From positions 93,497 through 157,496 of the forward strand of contig CBDBHZ010000001.1 of NCBI GenBank assembly GCA_965205905.1: DNA of 64,000 bases, in the 5' to 3' direction. The first letter of the stretch is position 1. Every line of letters starts with the position of its first letter. This document shows positions 38,838 to 48,232 of this stretch, piece by piece. The stretch comes from Alphaproteobacteria bacterium (GTDB lineage Bacteria > Pseudomonadota > Alphaproteobacteria > JABAAW01 > JAHZMA01). Made by a program: the position numbers and the translations under genes. The notes beneath the pieces are model-generated. The model ran no database searches and was not told the DNA's origin. It saw only the letters and a program-made list of their open reading frames with translations.

Positions 38838-40283
38838 ATGCTAGTTTTTCCTGATTCATCGATGGTGGTTCATTTGGTTGGTATTGGCGGTATTGGCATG
38901 TCGGGCATTGCCGAGCTGATGCATAATTTGGGTTGCAAAATTCAAGGTTCGGATATGGCTGAAAATGCCAATATCAAGCGGTTGCAAGCGCTGGGTATCC
39001 ATGTGGCGATTGGGCATGATTCACACAATATTCAAGGGGCGAGCGTGCTGGTGATGTCTTCGGCTGTGAAAATGGATAATGTTGAAATTATGGCTGCCCG
39101 TGCTGATAATATCCCCGTGATTAAACGTGCCGAAATGCTTGCGGAATTGATGCGGCTTAAAAAATCGGTGGCGATTGGTGGCACGCATGGCAAAACCACC
39201 ACCACATCGATTGTGGGCGCTATGTTTGAAACCGCAGGCTATGACCCGACTGTGATTAATGGCGGTATTATCAATCGCTATGGCACAAATACCCGCACAG
39301 GTGCTGGCGATTGGCTGATTGCCGAAGCCGATGAAAGCGATGGCAGTTTTACCAAATTGCCCGCAGGAATTGTGGTTGTTACCAATATCGACCCCGAACA
39401 TATGGAGCATTATGGCGATTTTGAAAATCTGCGGCAGGCTTTTATTCGCTTCATTCATAATATCCCATTTTACGGTTTTGCGGTGCTATGCGCCGACCAT
39501 AGCAATGTGTTGAAAGTGATGGCACAGATTAGCGATAGGCGGATGATTACCTATGGTTTTTCACCGCAATCGATGGTGCGTGGGGTGAATGTGAGGCATA
39601 GCAAAGAAGGCATGTGGTTTGATGTAGAGGCAAGCTTGCATTCTTCTGCTAATAAAAGCATGAAGCAGGTGATTATTTTGAAAGATTTATTCCTGCCCGT
39701 GCATGGTGAGTATAATGTGAGCAACGCACTTGCGGCGGTAACGATTGGCTTGGAATGCGGATTTTCGCATCAGGCGATTGTTAAATCCTTGCGCAATTTC
39801 AGCGGTGTTAAACGGCGTTTCACCCATACTGGCACGGCGAAGAATATCAAAATCATTGATGATTACGGGCATCACCCGGTGGAAATTCGGGCGGTGCTAA
39901 AAACCGCAAGGCAGATTTGCGAGAAAACTTTGATTGCAGTGGTGCAGCCGCATCGCTATTCGCGCTTGCATGATTTGTTTGATGATTTTCAAACCGCATT
40001 CCATGATGCCGATATTGTGGTGATTGCCGATGTCTATGAAGCAGGCGAACAGCCGATTGAGGGCGCAGATAAGGAATCATTGGCGGCGGCGGCGATGCAG
40101 GCAGGGCATAAAAAAGCATTGGCATTATCGTCGCCTGAAGCATTGCCTCAACTGATAGCAGATTTGCTGAAAGATGAAGATTTAGAATCTGACGATAAGC
40201 ATCATATGGTGGTGGTGCTAGGCGCGGGCTCTAGCACATTATGGGCGCAACAATTACCCGAACAGCTAGAGGCGTTATTGTGA
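38838..40283 (+). CDS. murC: UDP-MurNAc-L-alanine ligase
   Basis: GIGGIGMSG, GTHGKTTTT, EADESD and DDYGHHP.E. Confidence 0.97.
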   Translation: MLVFPDSSMVVHLVGIGGIGMSGIAELMHNLGCKIQGSDMAENANIKRLQALGIHVAIGHDSHNIQGASVLVMSSAVKMDNVEIMAARADNIPVIKRAEMLAELMRLKKSVAIGGTHGKTTTTSIVGAMFETAGYDPTVINGGIINRYGTNTRTGAGDWLIAEADESDGSFTKLPAGIVVVTNIDPEHMEHYGDFENLRQAFIRFIHNIPFYGFAVLCADHSNVLKVMAQISDRRMITYGFSPQSMVRGVNVRHSKEGMWFDVEASLHSSANKSMKQVIILKDLFLPVHGEYNVSNALAAVTIGLECGFSHQAIVKSLRNFSGVKRRFTHTGTAKNIKIIDDYGHHPVEIRAVLKTARQICEKTLIAVVQPHRYSRLHDLFDDFQTAFHDADIVVIADVYEAGEQPIEGADKESLAAAAMQAGHKKALALSSPEALPQLIADLLKDEDLESDDKHHMVVVLGAGSSTLWAQQLPEQLEALL

Positions 40284-41206
40284 GCGCGATGAGTGGCATG
40301 AGTGAAATTTACCCTACCGATATTCTCAATCAGTTGCGTGGCACAATAAAGCGTGATGAGCCGATGAAAAAGCATGTCTGGTTTGGGGCAGGTGGCACGG
40401 CAGATTTGTTTTTTATCCCTGCCGATAATGAAGATTTACAGCTGTTTTTACAGCATAAGCCTGCCAATATGCCTGTTACCACTATCGGCATTGGGTCGAA
40501 TTTATTGGTGCGTGATGGCGGTATTCGTGGCGCGGTGATATGTATGGGCAAAAGTTTCAGCAATCTTAACTATGCTGATGGCATGATTGAGGCAGGCGTG
40601 GGTGTGCCAGATATTCGTTTGGCAAAATTTGCAGCCGAACATAGCTGTATCGGCATGGCATTTTATGCAGGTATACCCGGCACTGTTGGCGGTGCGGTTA
40701 TCATGAATGCAGGCGCGCATGGCTCGGATACATCGGAACATTTGCATGAGATTAATGTGATGCACCCTGATGGCACGATGCAGATATTGCGGAACAGTGC
40801 GCTTGGTTATTCATATCGGCATTCCGAATTGCCACCAGAAGCGATTGTGTTGCGTGCCAGTTTCAAAACCAAGCAGGGTGATAAGGAACAGGCGAAGCAA
40901 GCCATTACCGACATTCAGCGCAAAAGGCGCGATACTCAACCCGTAGGCGTGCGAACGGGCGGTTCTACATTCAAAAATCCAGCAGGGCATAGCGCGTGGA
41001 AACTGATTGATGCGGCGGGTTTGCGAATGGCAAAAATAGGCGATGCGATGATGGCAGAAAAACATTGTAATTTCATGATTAATTGCGGCAAGGCAAGCGG
41101 TGAGGATTTGGAAAATCTAGGCGAATATGTGCGCAAAACAGTCAATGAAAATTCTAACATTATGCTAGAATGGGAGATTAAAAGATTGGGCGAAAAGCCC
41201 GAATAA
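40280..41206 (+). CDS. murB: UDP-N-acetylenolpyruvoylglucosamine reductase (start uncertain)
   Basis: G.GSNLLV.DGG, GIPGTVGGA..MNAGA, GSTFKNP and KHCNF. Confidence 0.95.
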   Translation: MSAMSGMSEIYPTDILNQLRGTIKRDEPMKKHVWFGAGGTADLFFIPADNEDLQLFLQHKPANMPVTTIGIGSNLLVRDGGIRGAVICMGKSFSNLNYADGMIEAGVGVPDIRLAKFAAEHSCIGMAFYAGIPGTVGGAVIMNAGAHGSDTSEHLHEINVMHPDGTMQILRNSALGYSYRHSELPPEAIVLRASFKTKQGDKEQAKQAITDIQRKRRDTQPVGVRTGGSTFKNPAGHSAWKLIDAAGLRMAKIGDAMMAEKHCNFMINCGKASGEDLENLGEYVRKTVNENSNIMLEWEIKRLGEKPE

Positions 41207-41227
41207 AAGAATGGTAAGAGAATAATC

Positions 41228-42190
41228 ATGCGTAAATTTAAGAGAGATGAAGTTAACATTTTAGTGCTATCGGGCGGATGGTCATCGGAACGCGAGGTAT
41301 CGCTGGTTTCGGGGAAAAACTGTGCCGATGCGCTGAAACAAACTGGCTGGAACGCGCATTTTTACGATTTAACAGGCAGTGTGATTGGCTTTGTCAATGA
41401 TTTACAGAACATAAAGCCTGATTTGGTATTTAACGCCTTGCATGGCACTTATGGCGAAGATGGCGCGATAGCGGGCTTGCTGAATATGATGGGCATTGCT
41501 TATACTCATTCGGGCATTGCCGCAAGCGCGGTGGCGATGGATAAATTACTCACCAAACAGTTTCTAACACCGCTTGGCATAAAATTTGCTGAAAGCTACG
41601 ATATGAGCGGGATTTATCATCTCGCTGGGTTGAAGAAAAAATGTCCGCTAAAACCTCCTTATGTGCTAAAGCCGATTAGGGAGGGGTCTAGCAGAGGCAT
41701 TTACATTATCGGGGCTGATGATATTCCCGATATGTCGGAGGAAAAAAACATGTCGCAAGACTACATGGCAGAAAGCTATGTGAGTGGTAGAGAACTAACC
41801 GTTGCCGTGCTAGATAATTATGGCGCGCTTGGCGTGACAGAATTATTGCCAAAGCAAGGCTTTTATGATTATCATGCAAAATATAGTGATGGCGTTACCA
41901 CCCATATTTGCCCCGCAAACATATCAGAAAAATTGGCGAAACAATGCCGCGCCCAATCGGAAATAGCGCATGATGCACTTGGTTGCAAGCAGGTGAGCCG
42001 TTCGGATTTTCGCTATGATGAACAGAATGACGCACTTTATTTTTTGGAAATTAACACCCATCCGGGTATGACCTCACTCTCATTAGTGCCAGAACAAGCC
42101 AAATTGCATGGCATTGAATTTACAGATTTATGTGATTTATTGGTTGAAGCTGCGCTTGATGATGGGCCTGATAATGGGAAAGTGTCATGA
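41228..42190 (+). CDS. ddl: D-alanine-D-alanine ligase
   Basis: GG.SSEREVSL.SG, LHG.YGEDG, FYDY.AKY and EINT.PGMT. Confidence 0.96.
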   Translation: MRKFKRDEVNILVLSGGWSSEREVSLVSGKNCADALKQTGWNAHFYDLTGSVIGFVNDLQNIKPDLVFNALHGTYGEDGAIAGLLNMMGIAYTHSGIAASAVAMDKLLTKQFLTPLGIKFAESYDMSGIYHLAGLKKKCPLKPPYVLKPIREGSSRGIYIIGADDIPDMSEEKNMSQDYMAESYVSGRELTVAVLDNYGALGVTELLPKQGFYDYHAKYSDGVTTHICPANISEKLAKQCRAQSEIAHDALGCKQVSRSDFRYDEQNDALYFLEINTHPGMTSLSLVPEQAKLHGIEFTDLCDLLVEAALDDGPDNGKVS

Positions 42191-43263
42191 TTAAAATCGC
42201 CCGTGATGACTACGATGAACATAATTTTGCTGATGATGCCGATGATGATTTTGCCGATGATGATTTCAGCGAACAAGAGCAATCGCCTGAAAGCCCAGAA
42301 GATGATGACGCTGATGATGCTGATGCTGATGTTACCCCCGAAGAAGATTATGAAGAATATGAGGTTGATGATGCCCCAGAAAATGATAATGAAGAGGAAT
42401 CTAGCTTTGATGCGCCACCGATAAGCCACTTTGCCAGTCATAATGTAACGCATCAAGAAACATCATCATCATCACCTGCTGCACAAAATATGCTTCATAA
42501 AAATTTTCTATCAATGAAATTCACCAAATCAATATTGGTTTGGCTGTTTGGCTGTGTCATTACTTTATGGATGTTTTGGGGCAGTGGTTTTTACACCATG
42601 ACAAAATATGGCGGGCTTTCATTGCGCGATGTTCAAATCTATAATTTGGATAAAACCAACTATGATGAATTATTGGCGCAAGCCAATTTAGAGTTAGGCG
42701 AGTCGATATTTAAGGTTGATTTGCAACAAACCAAAATGGCGATTGATGAATTGCCATGGGTAGAGCAAAGCCATATTGTGCGTGTGTTGCCCGGTAGCGT
42801 GCATATTTATATCACCGAACATCGCCCGGTTGCGATTTGGCAACAAAATGGACAAAAAACGCTGGTTTCTCACGATGGTAGCCCGATTGGTGCGGTTGAA
42901 AATTTTACCGATTACGAAAATTTACCGGTGATTACGGGGGAGTCTGCACCGCAATCATTCACTTTATTGCAAAGCGTGTTGGAATCCTATCCAGCATTGC
43001 AACATGCGTTGCGCGGTGCCAAAATGTCACGGGCAGCGCGATGGACAATTTATCTGGAGAATGGCACATTGGTGCATCTGCCAATCCATAATATTGATGA
43101 GGCGTTTATTCGCTTACGTTGGCTAGACCAGCAATTTCAAGTGTTATCGTTTCAATCATCAGTGATTGATTTACGGGTGCGCGATAGGGCGGCGATTGGT
43201 GAGCGCACCATACCCGTTGCGGTGCAAAACAAAACGGATGATAGCGCCCAAGCATCATCGTAA
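42187..43263 (+). CDS. ftsQ: Cell division protein FtsQ with a long acidic N-terminus
   Basis: TM plus POTRA (LPWV....R.LP), IDLR..DR; located between ddl and ftsA. Confidence 0.88.
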   Translation: MIKIARDDYDEHNFADDADDDFADDDFSEQEQSPESPEDDDADDADADVTPEEDYEEYEVDDAPENDNEEESSFDAPPISHFASHNVTHQETSSSSPAAQNMLHKNFLSMKFTKSILVWLFGCVITLWMFWGSGFYTMTKYGGLSLRDVQIYNLDKTNYDELLAQANLELGESIFKVDLQQTKMAIDELPWVEQSHIVRVLPGSVHIYITEHRPVAIWQQNGQKTLVSHDGSPIGAVENFTDYENLPVITGESAPQSFTLLQSVLESYPALQHALRGAKMSRAARWTIYLENGTLVHLPIHNIDEAFIRLRWLDQQFQVLSFQSSVIDLRVRDRAAIGERTIPVAVQNKTDDSAQASS

Positions 43264-43296
43264 TCGCTTCATTAACCAAAGTTTTTCGGGGGAAAA

Positions 43297-44598
43297 ATGG
43301 AACAAGCCATAGATATTCTAAATGATGTGCAAGATGATTTGCGCATGACACCCACTATTATCGCCAAACCTTTGGTGATTATAGATATTGGCGCTAGCAG
43401 TATTACAGGGCTTGCGGTAACCACCAAACCATTTATGATTAAGGCATGGGCGCAAGTGAAAAGTGAGGGGGTTTTTGGTGAGAATTTTCCGCATTTCAAT
43501 CAATTAAGCCATGTGATACAGGATTTGATGGGCAGGCTAACCACCCAATTAATGCACCCGATTGATGAGGCGGTGCTTTGTTTTTCAGGCGCGCATTTGC
43601 ATCTTGAAACTCTAAATTTTCAAAAGCACCTACCGCCTGAGGGGTTTAATCGGCAAGGCATTCAGCAATGGCTTGTAGCTGCGTATCACGCGCATTGCAA
43701 TGATGATAGCGCAGATGAATCTGATAAAAAACACTCACTCAAAAATGTAACATTACATGCCCTTATGAAAGAGATTTATATCGATAGAAAATTATGCGAA
43801 AATTTTAATCAACTGCCACCGCATCACTATCATAAGGGCAGGCAAATACATGTTACGCTGAATCTGATAAAAATGAAACAGCATCTTATCCATAATTTAA
43901 CAGAATTATTGGCATTGGTTGATGTAAAAATCAGCAAAATTGTTGCCGCCCCCTATGCCGATTTTTTGGCACTCAAAGAAATGATGTTGCTAGATACCCA
44001 AGTGGCAATCTGCCATATCGGGATGCACCGCATCACGGTTAGCTATTTTGATAATGATATGTTGCAATATATCCGCACCGCGCAATTAGGCAGTAACGAT
44101 ATTACCAAAGATGTGATGGAAGCGTTTGCGATTGATTGGCAGCAGGCTGAAAAGCTGAAATGCGAAAAGGGCTTTGCTCTGGTATCGGAAGAAAGCATGT
44201 TGGTGAAAGATTATCGCCCCTCGCAATATACCAAACAGATTGTTCATGCCAAGAATATGGGCGCGGATATGTCGGCATTACTGCCACGCATTATCACGCC
44301 ACGCATTGAAGAAATTTTTGATTGCACCAATAAATTGCTCAAAGATATGCCACAATCGGCATTGATTGTGTTATCGGGCGCAGGCACACAATTACCGGGT
44401 ATTGTTTCGGTGGCGCGCAATTATTGTAAAAGGCGGGTGTTGCTTGCACCATACCGCTTGGCAAATGTTTTGCTAGATGAACATCACGAGAAAATGATTG
44501 ATGATACAGCAATGATGCGCGAGAAAAACGCTGATGTGCTAACAGGGCTGGGCATGGCATATTTTGTAAGAGACGGCATGTTTGAGGCTATTATCTAA
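43297..44598 (+). CDS. ftsA: Divergent FtsA
   Basis: IDIGASS, G...IT.D...AEKLK, II.PRIEEIF and VLSG.G.QLPG; follows ftsQ; phosphate-2 motif degenerate. Confidence 0.75.
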   Translation: MEQAIDILNDVQDDLRMTPTIIAKPLVIIDIGASSITGLAVTTKPFMIKAWAQVKSEGVFGENFPHFNQLSHVIQDLMGRLTTQLMHPIDEAVLCFSGAHLHLETLNFQKHLPPEGFNRQGIQQWLVAAYHAHCNDDSADESDKKHSLKNVTLHALMKEIYIDRKLCENFNQLPPHHYHKGRQIHVTLNLIKMKQHLIHNLTELLALVDVKISKIVAAPYADFLALKEMMLLDTQVAICHIGMHRITVSYFDNDMLQYIRTAQLGSNDITKDVMEAFAIDWQQAEKLKCEKGFALVSEESMLVKDYRPSQYTKQIVHAKNMGADMSALLPRIITPRIEEIFDCTNKLLKDMPQSALIVLSGAGTQLPGIVSVARNYCKRRVLLAPYRLANVLLDEHHEKMIDDTAMMREKNADVLTGLGMAYFVRDGMFEAII

Positions 44599-44704
44599 CG
44601 ATATTATTCCGCCCTTTACATTGTGCATATCTTTTATTATTGTTTACAATCGTCTCATCATTCGCTACTGTGCCATCAGAATTTAATATATAGGGAGAGA
44701 TATT

Positions 44705-45745
44705 ATGAGATTCATCATTAAAACATTGATTGTGGTGTTCAGTTGCCTATTTTTAAGCATCGGTTCGGCATTGGCTGCGGGGCAAGTGGTTTTGTATAAC
44801 TGGTTTGAATATATGCCACCAGAATTGCTCAAAAAATTCACCAAAGAAACGGGCATTAAAGTGGTGGAGCATACTTACGATTCTAATGAAGAAATGCTAG
44901 AAAAGTTGCAAAAAGGCGGTCTTGGAAAATATGATTTGGCGGTGCCTGCTGAATATTCGGTAAAATTGATGATTGAAGAAGGCATGTTAGGCACGCTTAA
45001 ATCGGGTGAGCTTGCCAATAAAGGCAATATCCAAATGCAATGGATGGATATTTGGTTTGATAATGGGCGCAACCATTCGATTCCATATCAATGGGGGTCA
45101 ACATCATTCTCGGTGAATCGCGATATTTATAAAGGCTTTATTGATAGTCTTGCTGTTTTGTTTAACCCGCCCGCCGCATTATCAGGTAAAATCAGTGTGC
45201 TTGATAGCCCCGATGAGGTGTTGGCAATGGCGGCACTCTATCTTGGCATTCCGCAATGCACCACAGACCGTAAACAGATTGAAAAACTTGATAGCACATT
45301 GCAAAAAGCCAAAAAACATTGGGCTGCTTTTAATTCTGAAAGCGCAGAATATGAAGTTGCACAAGGCAATGTTGCGGTGGCGATGGTTTATAATGGCGAT
45401 TCTGCAAGGGTGCGCGAAGAAGGTGCTAATGTAGAATATATTTACGCAAAAGAAGGCTATATTATATGGGCGGATAGTCTTGTGTTGCTCAAAAATGCGC
45501 CTAATCGTGCCAATGCTTTGAAATTTATGGATTTTCTGTTAGTGCCTGAAAATGTGGCGATACTCACAAATTACACACGCTATTTAGCAGGGGTAAAAAA
45601 TGTAACGCCATTGCTAGATGATGATTTGCGCGTTTTGCCTGAAAATAATCCATTCCATTCGGCAGGCGCACCAATTTTTGTTACAGGTTGTGACCAAAAA
45701 ACACAACGGCTTTATGATAGAATTTGGGCAAATGTTCAGAAATAA
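44705..45745 (+). CDS. Polyamine ABC substrate-binding protein (PotD/PotF family), copy 1
   Basis: YNW.EY, F.KETGIKV, YDSNEEM, PYQWG and KEG..W.D. Confidence 0.88.
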   Translation: MRFIIKTLIVVFSCLFLSIGSALAAGQVVLYNWFEYMPPELLKKFTKETGIKVVEHTYDSNEEMLEKLQKGGLGKYDLAVPAEYSVKLMIEEGMLGTLKSGELANKGNIQMQWMDIWFDNGRNHSIPYQWGSTSFSVNRDIYKGFIDSLAVLFNPPAALSGKISVLDSPDEVLAMAALYLGIPQCTTDRKQIEKLDSTLQKAKKHWAAFNSESAEYEVAQGNVAVAMVYNGDSARVREEGANVEYIYAKEGYIIWADSLVLLKNAPNRANALKFMDFLLVPENVAILTNYTRYLAGVKNVTPLLDDDLRVLPENNPFHSAGAPIFVTGCDQKTQRLYDRIWANVQK

Positions 45746-45770
45746 ATGTTACTGATAAAGGAGAGATACC

Positions 45771-46811
45771 ATGAGACTCATCATCAAAACATTGATTGTT
45801 TCGTTTAGTTGTATGTTTTTATCCATCGGCTCGGCATTGGCTGCAGGGCAAGTGATTTTGTATAATTGGTCTGAATATATGCCACCAGAATTGCTGAAAA
45901 AATTCACCAAAGAAACTGGCATTAAAGTGGTGGAGCAAACCTACGATTCCAATGAAGAAATGCTAAAAAAATTGCAAAAAGACGGTATCGGCAAATATGA
46001 TTTGGCAGTGCCGGGCGAACATTTGATAACAGCGATGATTGAAGAGGGTCTGTTAGACAAGATTGGAGGAGACGAGCTTGCCAATAGAAAAAATATCGAA
46101 CCGCAATGGCTGAATATTTGGTTTGATAATGGGCGCAACTATTCGCTTCCATATCAATGGGGGTCAACATCATTCTCGGTGAATCGCGATATTTATGACA
46201 ACCCTGTTAATAGTCTTGGTATTTTGTTTAACTCGCCCGCCGCATTATCAGGTCAAATCAGTATGCTGGATAGTGCTGATGACGTGCTGGCAATGGCGGC
46301 ACTCTATCTTGGCATTCCGCAATGCACCACAGACCGCAAACAAATTGAAAAGCTTGATAGCACATTGCAAAAAGTCAAGAAACATTGGGCATCTTTTAAT
46401 TCTGATGACCCAACAGCTGAATTGGCGCAAGGCAATGTTACGGTGGCGATGGTTTATAATGGCGATTCAGCAAGGACGCGCGAAGAAGGTGCCAATATAG
46501 AATATATCTATGCAAAAGAAGGCTATATTATATGGGCAGATAGTCTTGTATTGCTCAAAGAAGCGCCCAATCGCGAGAATGCGCTAAAATTTATGGATTT
46601 TCTGTTAGTGCCTGAAAATGTGGCAATACTCACAAATTACACGCGATATTCAGCAGGGGTAAAGAATGTAGCGCCATTGCTAGATGATGATTTACGGACC
46701 TTACCTGAAAATAATCCATCTCATTTGGCAGGCATACCAACTTTTGTTAAAAGCTGTGACCAAAAAACGCAACGGCTTTATGATAGAATTTGGGCAAAGG
46801 TGAAGAAATAA
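45771..46811 (+). CDS. Polyamine ABC substrate-binding protein (PotD/PotF family), copy 2
   Basis: Same motifs; tandem paralog of identical length (346 aa). Confidence 0.88.
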   Translation: MRLIIKTLIVSFSCMFLSIGSALAAGQVILYNWSEYMPPELLKKFTKETGIKVVEQTYDSNEEMLKKLQKDGIGKYDLAVPGEHLITAMIEEGLLDKIGGDELANRKNIEPQWLNIWFDNGRNYSLPYQWGSTSFSVNRDIYDNPVNSLGILFNSPAALSGQISMLDSADDVLAMAALYLGIPQCTTDRKQIEKLDSTLQKVKKHWASFNSDDPTAELAQGNVTVAMVYNGDSARTREEGANIEYIYAKEGYIIWADSLVLLKEAPNRENALKFMDFLLVPENVAILTNYTRYSAGVKNVAPLLDDDLRTLPENNPSHLAGIPTFVKSCDQKTQRLYDRIWAKVKK

Positions 46812-46828
46812 ATGTTAGTGCCAAGATA

Positions 46829-47707
46829 ATGCCAAATAATCAAACTGCTTTTATTTTTGCACATGGCTCGTGGCATGGCGCATGGGCATGGAATCTCATC
46901 ACCACTGCCTTAAACAATCAGGGTTTTCAAACTTTTGCAATGGATTTACCGGGACATGGGCTTGATGCCAAACTACCCGCATCATACCTAGCACGCCCGT
47001 TAGATAAAGAGGCTTTTGCCAATGAACCCTCGCCAATTTCAAAATTCACCGCCCAAGATTATGGCGATAAAGTGCTGGAATCTGTGGCGCAAGCGCAAAA
47101 ATCGGGCGCGCAGAAAATCTATCTGGTCGCGCATTCTATGGGCGGTATCGCAACCACATTTGCGGCTGCCAAATTGCCAGAAGCTATTACTGGCTTGGTT
47201 TATCTCACCGCAGTTATCCCTATCGGTGATGCGCCGGGTGGCAAATATATTAGCCTGCCTGAACATATAGAAAATAGCAAAATCGCTAATATTTTAGTAT
47301 CAGATGCAGGTGCGATTGGCGCGTTACGCATTGACCCCGCAAGTGGTGATAAAGCCTATCAGGCAGCGGCGAAAGAGGCTTTGATGGCAGATGTTTCTGA
47401 TGATTTATTTTATGCCGTGATGAATCTATGCACCCCTGATGCGCCCGCAATGATTTATGGCGAAGTGCCTGACTATCAAGCGGGGTTTGATAGGATTCCG
47501 CGCTATATGGTGCGATGCACGGAAGATAAATTGCTAGTGCCAGCGGCGACTGATGCGATGATTGCCGATATGAAAGCAAATTATCCGAATGCCAAAATTG
47601 AAACATTTGATATGGCATCATCGCATGAGGTGATATTCTCAAAGCCCGATGATGTTGTGGCATTGTTGGTGAAGATTGCGACAGACACTTCCGCTAATAT
47701 TGAGTAA
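46829..47707 (+). CDS. Alpha/beta-fold hydrolase (methylesterase-like)
   Basis: HGSWHGAWAW, DLPGHG, AHSMGG nucleophile elbow, C-terminal SSH. Confidence 0.85.
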   Translation: MPNNQTAFIFAHGSWHGAWAWNLITTALNNQGFQTFAMDLPGHGLDAKLPASYLARPLDKEAFANEPSPISKFTAQDYGDKVLESVAQAQKSGAQKIYLVAHSMGGIATTFAAAKLPEAITGLVYLTAVIPIGDAPGGKYISLPEHIENSKIANILVSDAGAIGALRIDPASGDKAYQAAAKEALMADVSDDLFYAVMNLCTPDAPAMIYGEVPDYQAGFDRIPRYMVRCTEDKLLVPAATDAMIADMKANYPNAKIETFDMASSHEVIFSKPDDVVALLVKIATDTSANIE

Positions 47708-47947
47708 CAGCAACCCACTCCTCCGCCATTATTATGCACAGCGGGGGGATTTTAAGGGTGAGGTTTGCCCGCCATTGGTACAAGGGCAAACCGAAAGTGG
47801 CAAGAGGCGTCTGCTTGGCAAATTGTCCAACGGACAAAAGTTTGACAAGCGCGCATCGAGAAGCCAGTCCGCACCCCCCTTGATACAAAATACGAAATCG
47901 GGGTTCTTTGCAAGCATGGATTCCCGTATTCACGGGGGCAGGCTCCA
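47681..47947 (+). repeat. Modular repeat array R3 with long hairpin core (about 47752-47886) and a degenerate REP
   Basis: Near-identical to the reverse complements of R2 and R8; begins inside the hydrolase 3' end. Confidence 0.9.
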
Positions 47948-47954
47948 TATATAA

Positions 47955-48031
47955 TGGCGCATCCGGCGAGATTCGAACTCACGACCTCTGCCTTCGGAGG
48001 GCAGCACTCTATCCAGCTGAGCTACGGATGC
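47955..48031 (-). tRNA. tRNA-Arg (CCG)
   Basis: GCATCCGTAGCTCAGCTGGATAGAG...CTCCGAA...GTTCGAATC...CGGATGCGCCA; 77 nt with encoded CCA. Confidence 0.96.
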
Positions 48032-48058
48032 AATCACGCGTCATTCATAACATAATCT

Positions 48059-48232
48059 GTTTATAGTATCAAGGGACATTAGTATCCGCTAGAATTTTAG
48101 CAAAGCTAAAATTCGCTAGTAGGGGGCTTTACGACCTTGCTAATCGCAAGGACGCCCCCTATACCCCCACCGTTAACATCCCCCCGTCTGCACGGGGGCA
48201 ATTCCCCTCTCCGCCGTCTTTCCCGGCCGCTA
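48059..48232 (-). repeat. Repeat remnants R4 (right-arm remnant, shortened hairpin core about 48119-48162, half CGTC-REP)
   Basis: 48059-48075 is the reverse complement of 18780-18796; core GGGGGC-GT-CCTTGC..GCAAGG-TCGT-AAA-GCCCCC; 48206-48225 matches 54434-54453 at 19/20. Confidence 0.75.

Noticed and set aside
47780-47805. c-di-GMP-I riboswitch-like words (GGGCAAACC..GAAA; CGCAAAGCC in other modules)
   Set aside because: The P2/P3 architecture cannot be formed, the words lie in separate modules, and the copies sit between convergent 3' ends.
47955-48031. tRNA-anchored prophage or integrative element
   Set aside because: No integrase, no duplicated tRNA 3' end and no phage genes were seen in the window.
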